Below are positions 63,594 to 64,000 of a DNA stretch of 64,000 nt, one piece after another. Source of the DNA: Octopus sinensis (Eukaryota); the NCBI RefSeq assembly GCF_006345805.1, contig NW_021831879.1:1-64000 (forward strand), in the 5' to 3' direction. Positions within the stretch are counted from its first letter, which is position 1. The number at the start of each line of letters is the position of its first letter. Under the pieces are notes generated by a model. It ran no database searches. It saw only the letters and a program-made list of their open reading frames with translations, and was not told the origin of the DNA. The position numbers were made by a program, and so were the translations under genes.

Positions 63594-64000
63594 CTGCAAA
63601 ATATGTAAAACTATTGATAAAGTTTTCATGAATATAGAGAAATTAAAATGGTGCCAAAAAAATTAGATATAAGTTTATACTTCAAAGAAAATCATACAAG
63701 CTGATCGCAAGTATTTGCCGAAGTATAATGAGCGTTTCCTTTTGATTTTTAAATATACAAAAATAATATTGCCCTTCGTATAATGCGGCCGTGTTACGAA
63801 TGGAAGACCAAATGTTGTAGGATAGAGGGTGGATATGCAGAAATCCGCTCGACACAATAATCTATAGTGATAATAAAATATTGAAAACCAGATGAAAATC
63901 TGCCAAAATATCAAGGTCTTTACCTTATGAGACATTGCTTACGGAGCGTCGGCGACCATATAATGTGGCCATATCATTTCATTCACCTTTAAGAAATATT

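Overview
AT-rich, microsatellite-dense animal genomic DNA. The host is inferred to be a cephalopod, most likely Octopus, from recurring SINE families I recognise; this is not proven. The window holds two tandem minus-strand cytochrome P450 genes of the CYP3 clan (CYP3A-like). Gene A is complete: 14 coding exons at 41888..6252, all GT-AG, phases consistent, 1554 nt = 517 aa + stop. Gene B shows its last 6 exons (63593..49638); its 5' part lies beyond the window. The introns carry a full-length CsRn1-type Gypsy LTR retrotransposon (10285-16012), Penelope-like element (PLE) fragments, stacked R4/Dong-like elements, RTE fragments, two non-autonomous Helitrons, mariner remnants and many tRNA-derived SINEs. 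The most unusual signal is a set of about 11 minimal type-I hammerhead ribozyme motifs, read by eye, mostly inside fold-back or tandem PLE-derived units. Two of them have compensatory swaps of the core 3-8 pair (U3:A8 and G3:C8), and one sits in a 362-bp tandem retrozyme-like unit. A 19 x 29-bp intronic minisatellite is built from ERE-like/AP-1-like palindromes. Most ORFs in the supplied track are microsatellite artefacts. Exon coordinates were counted by hand at splice sites; repeat boundaries are approximate.
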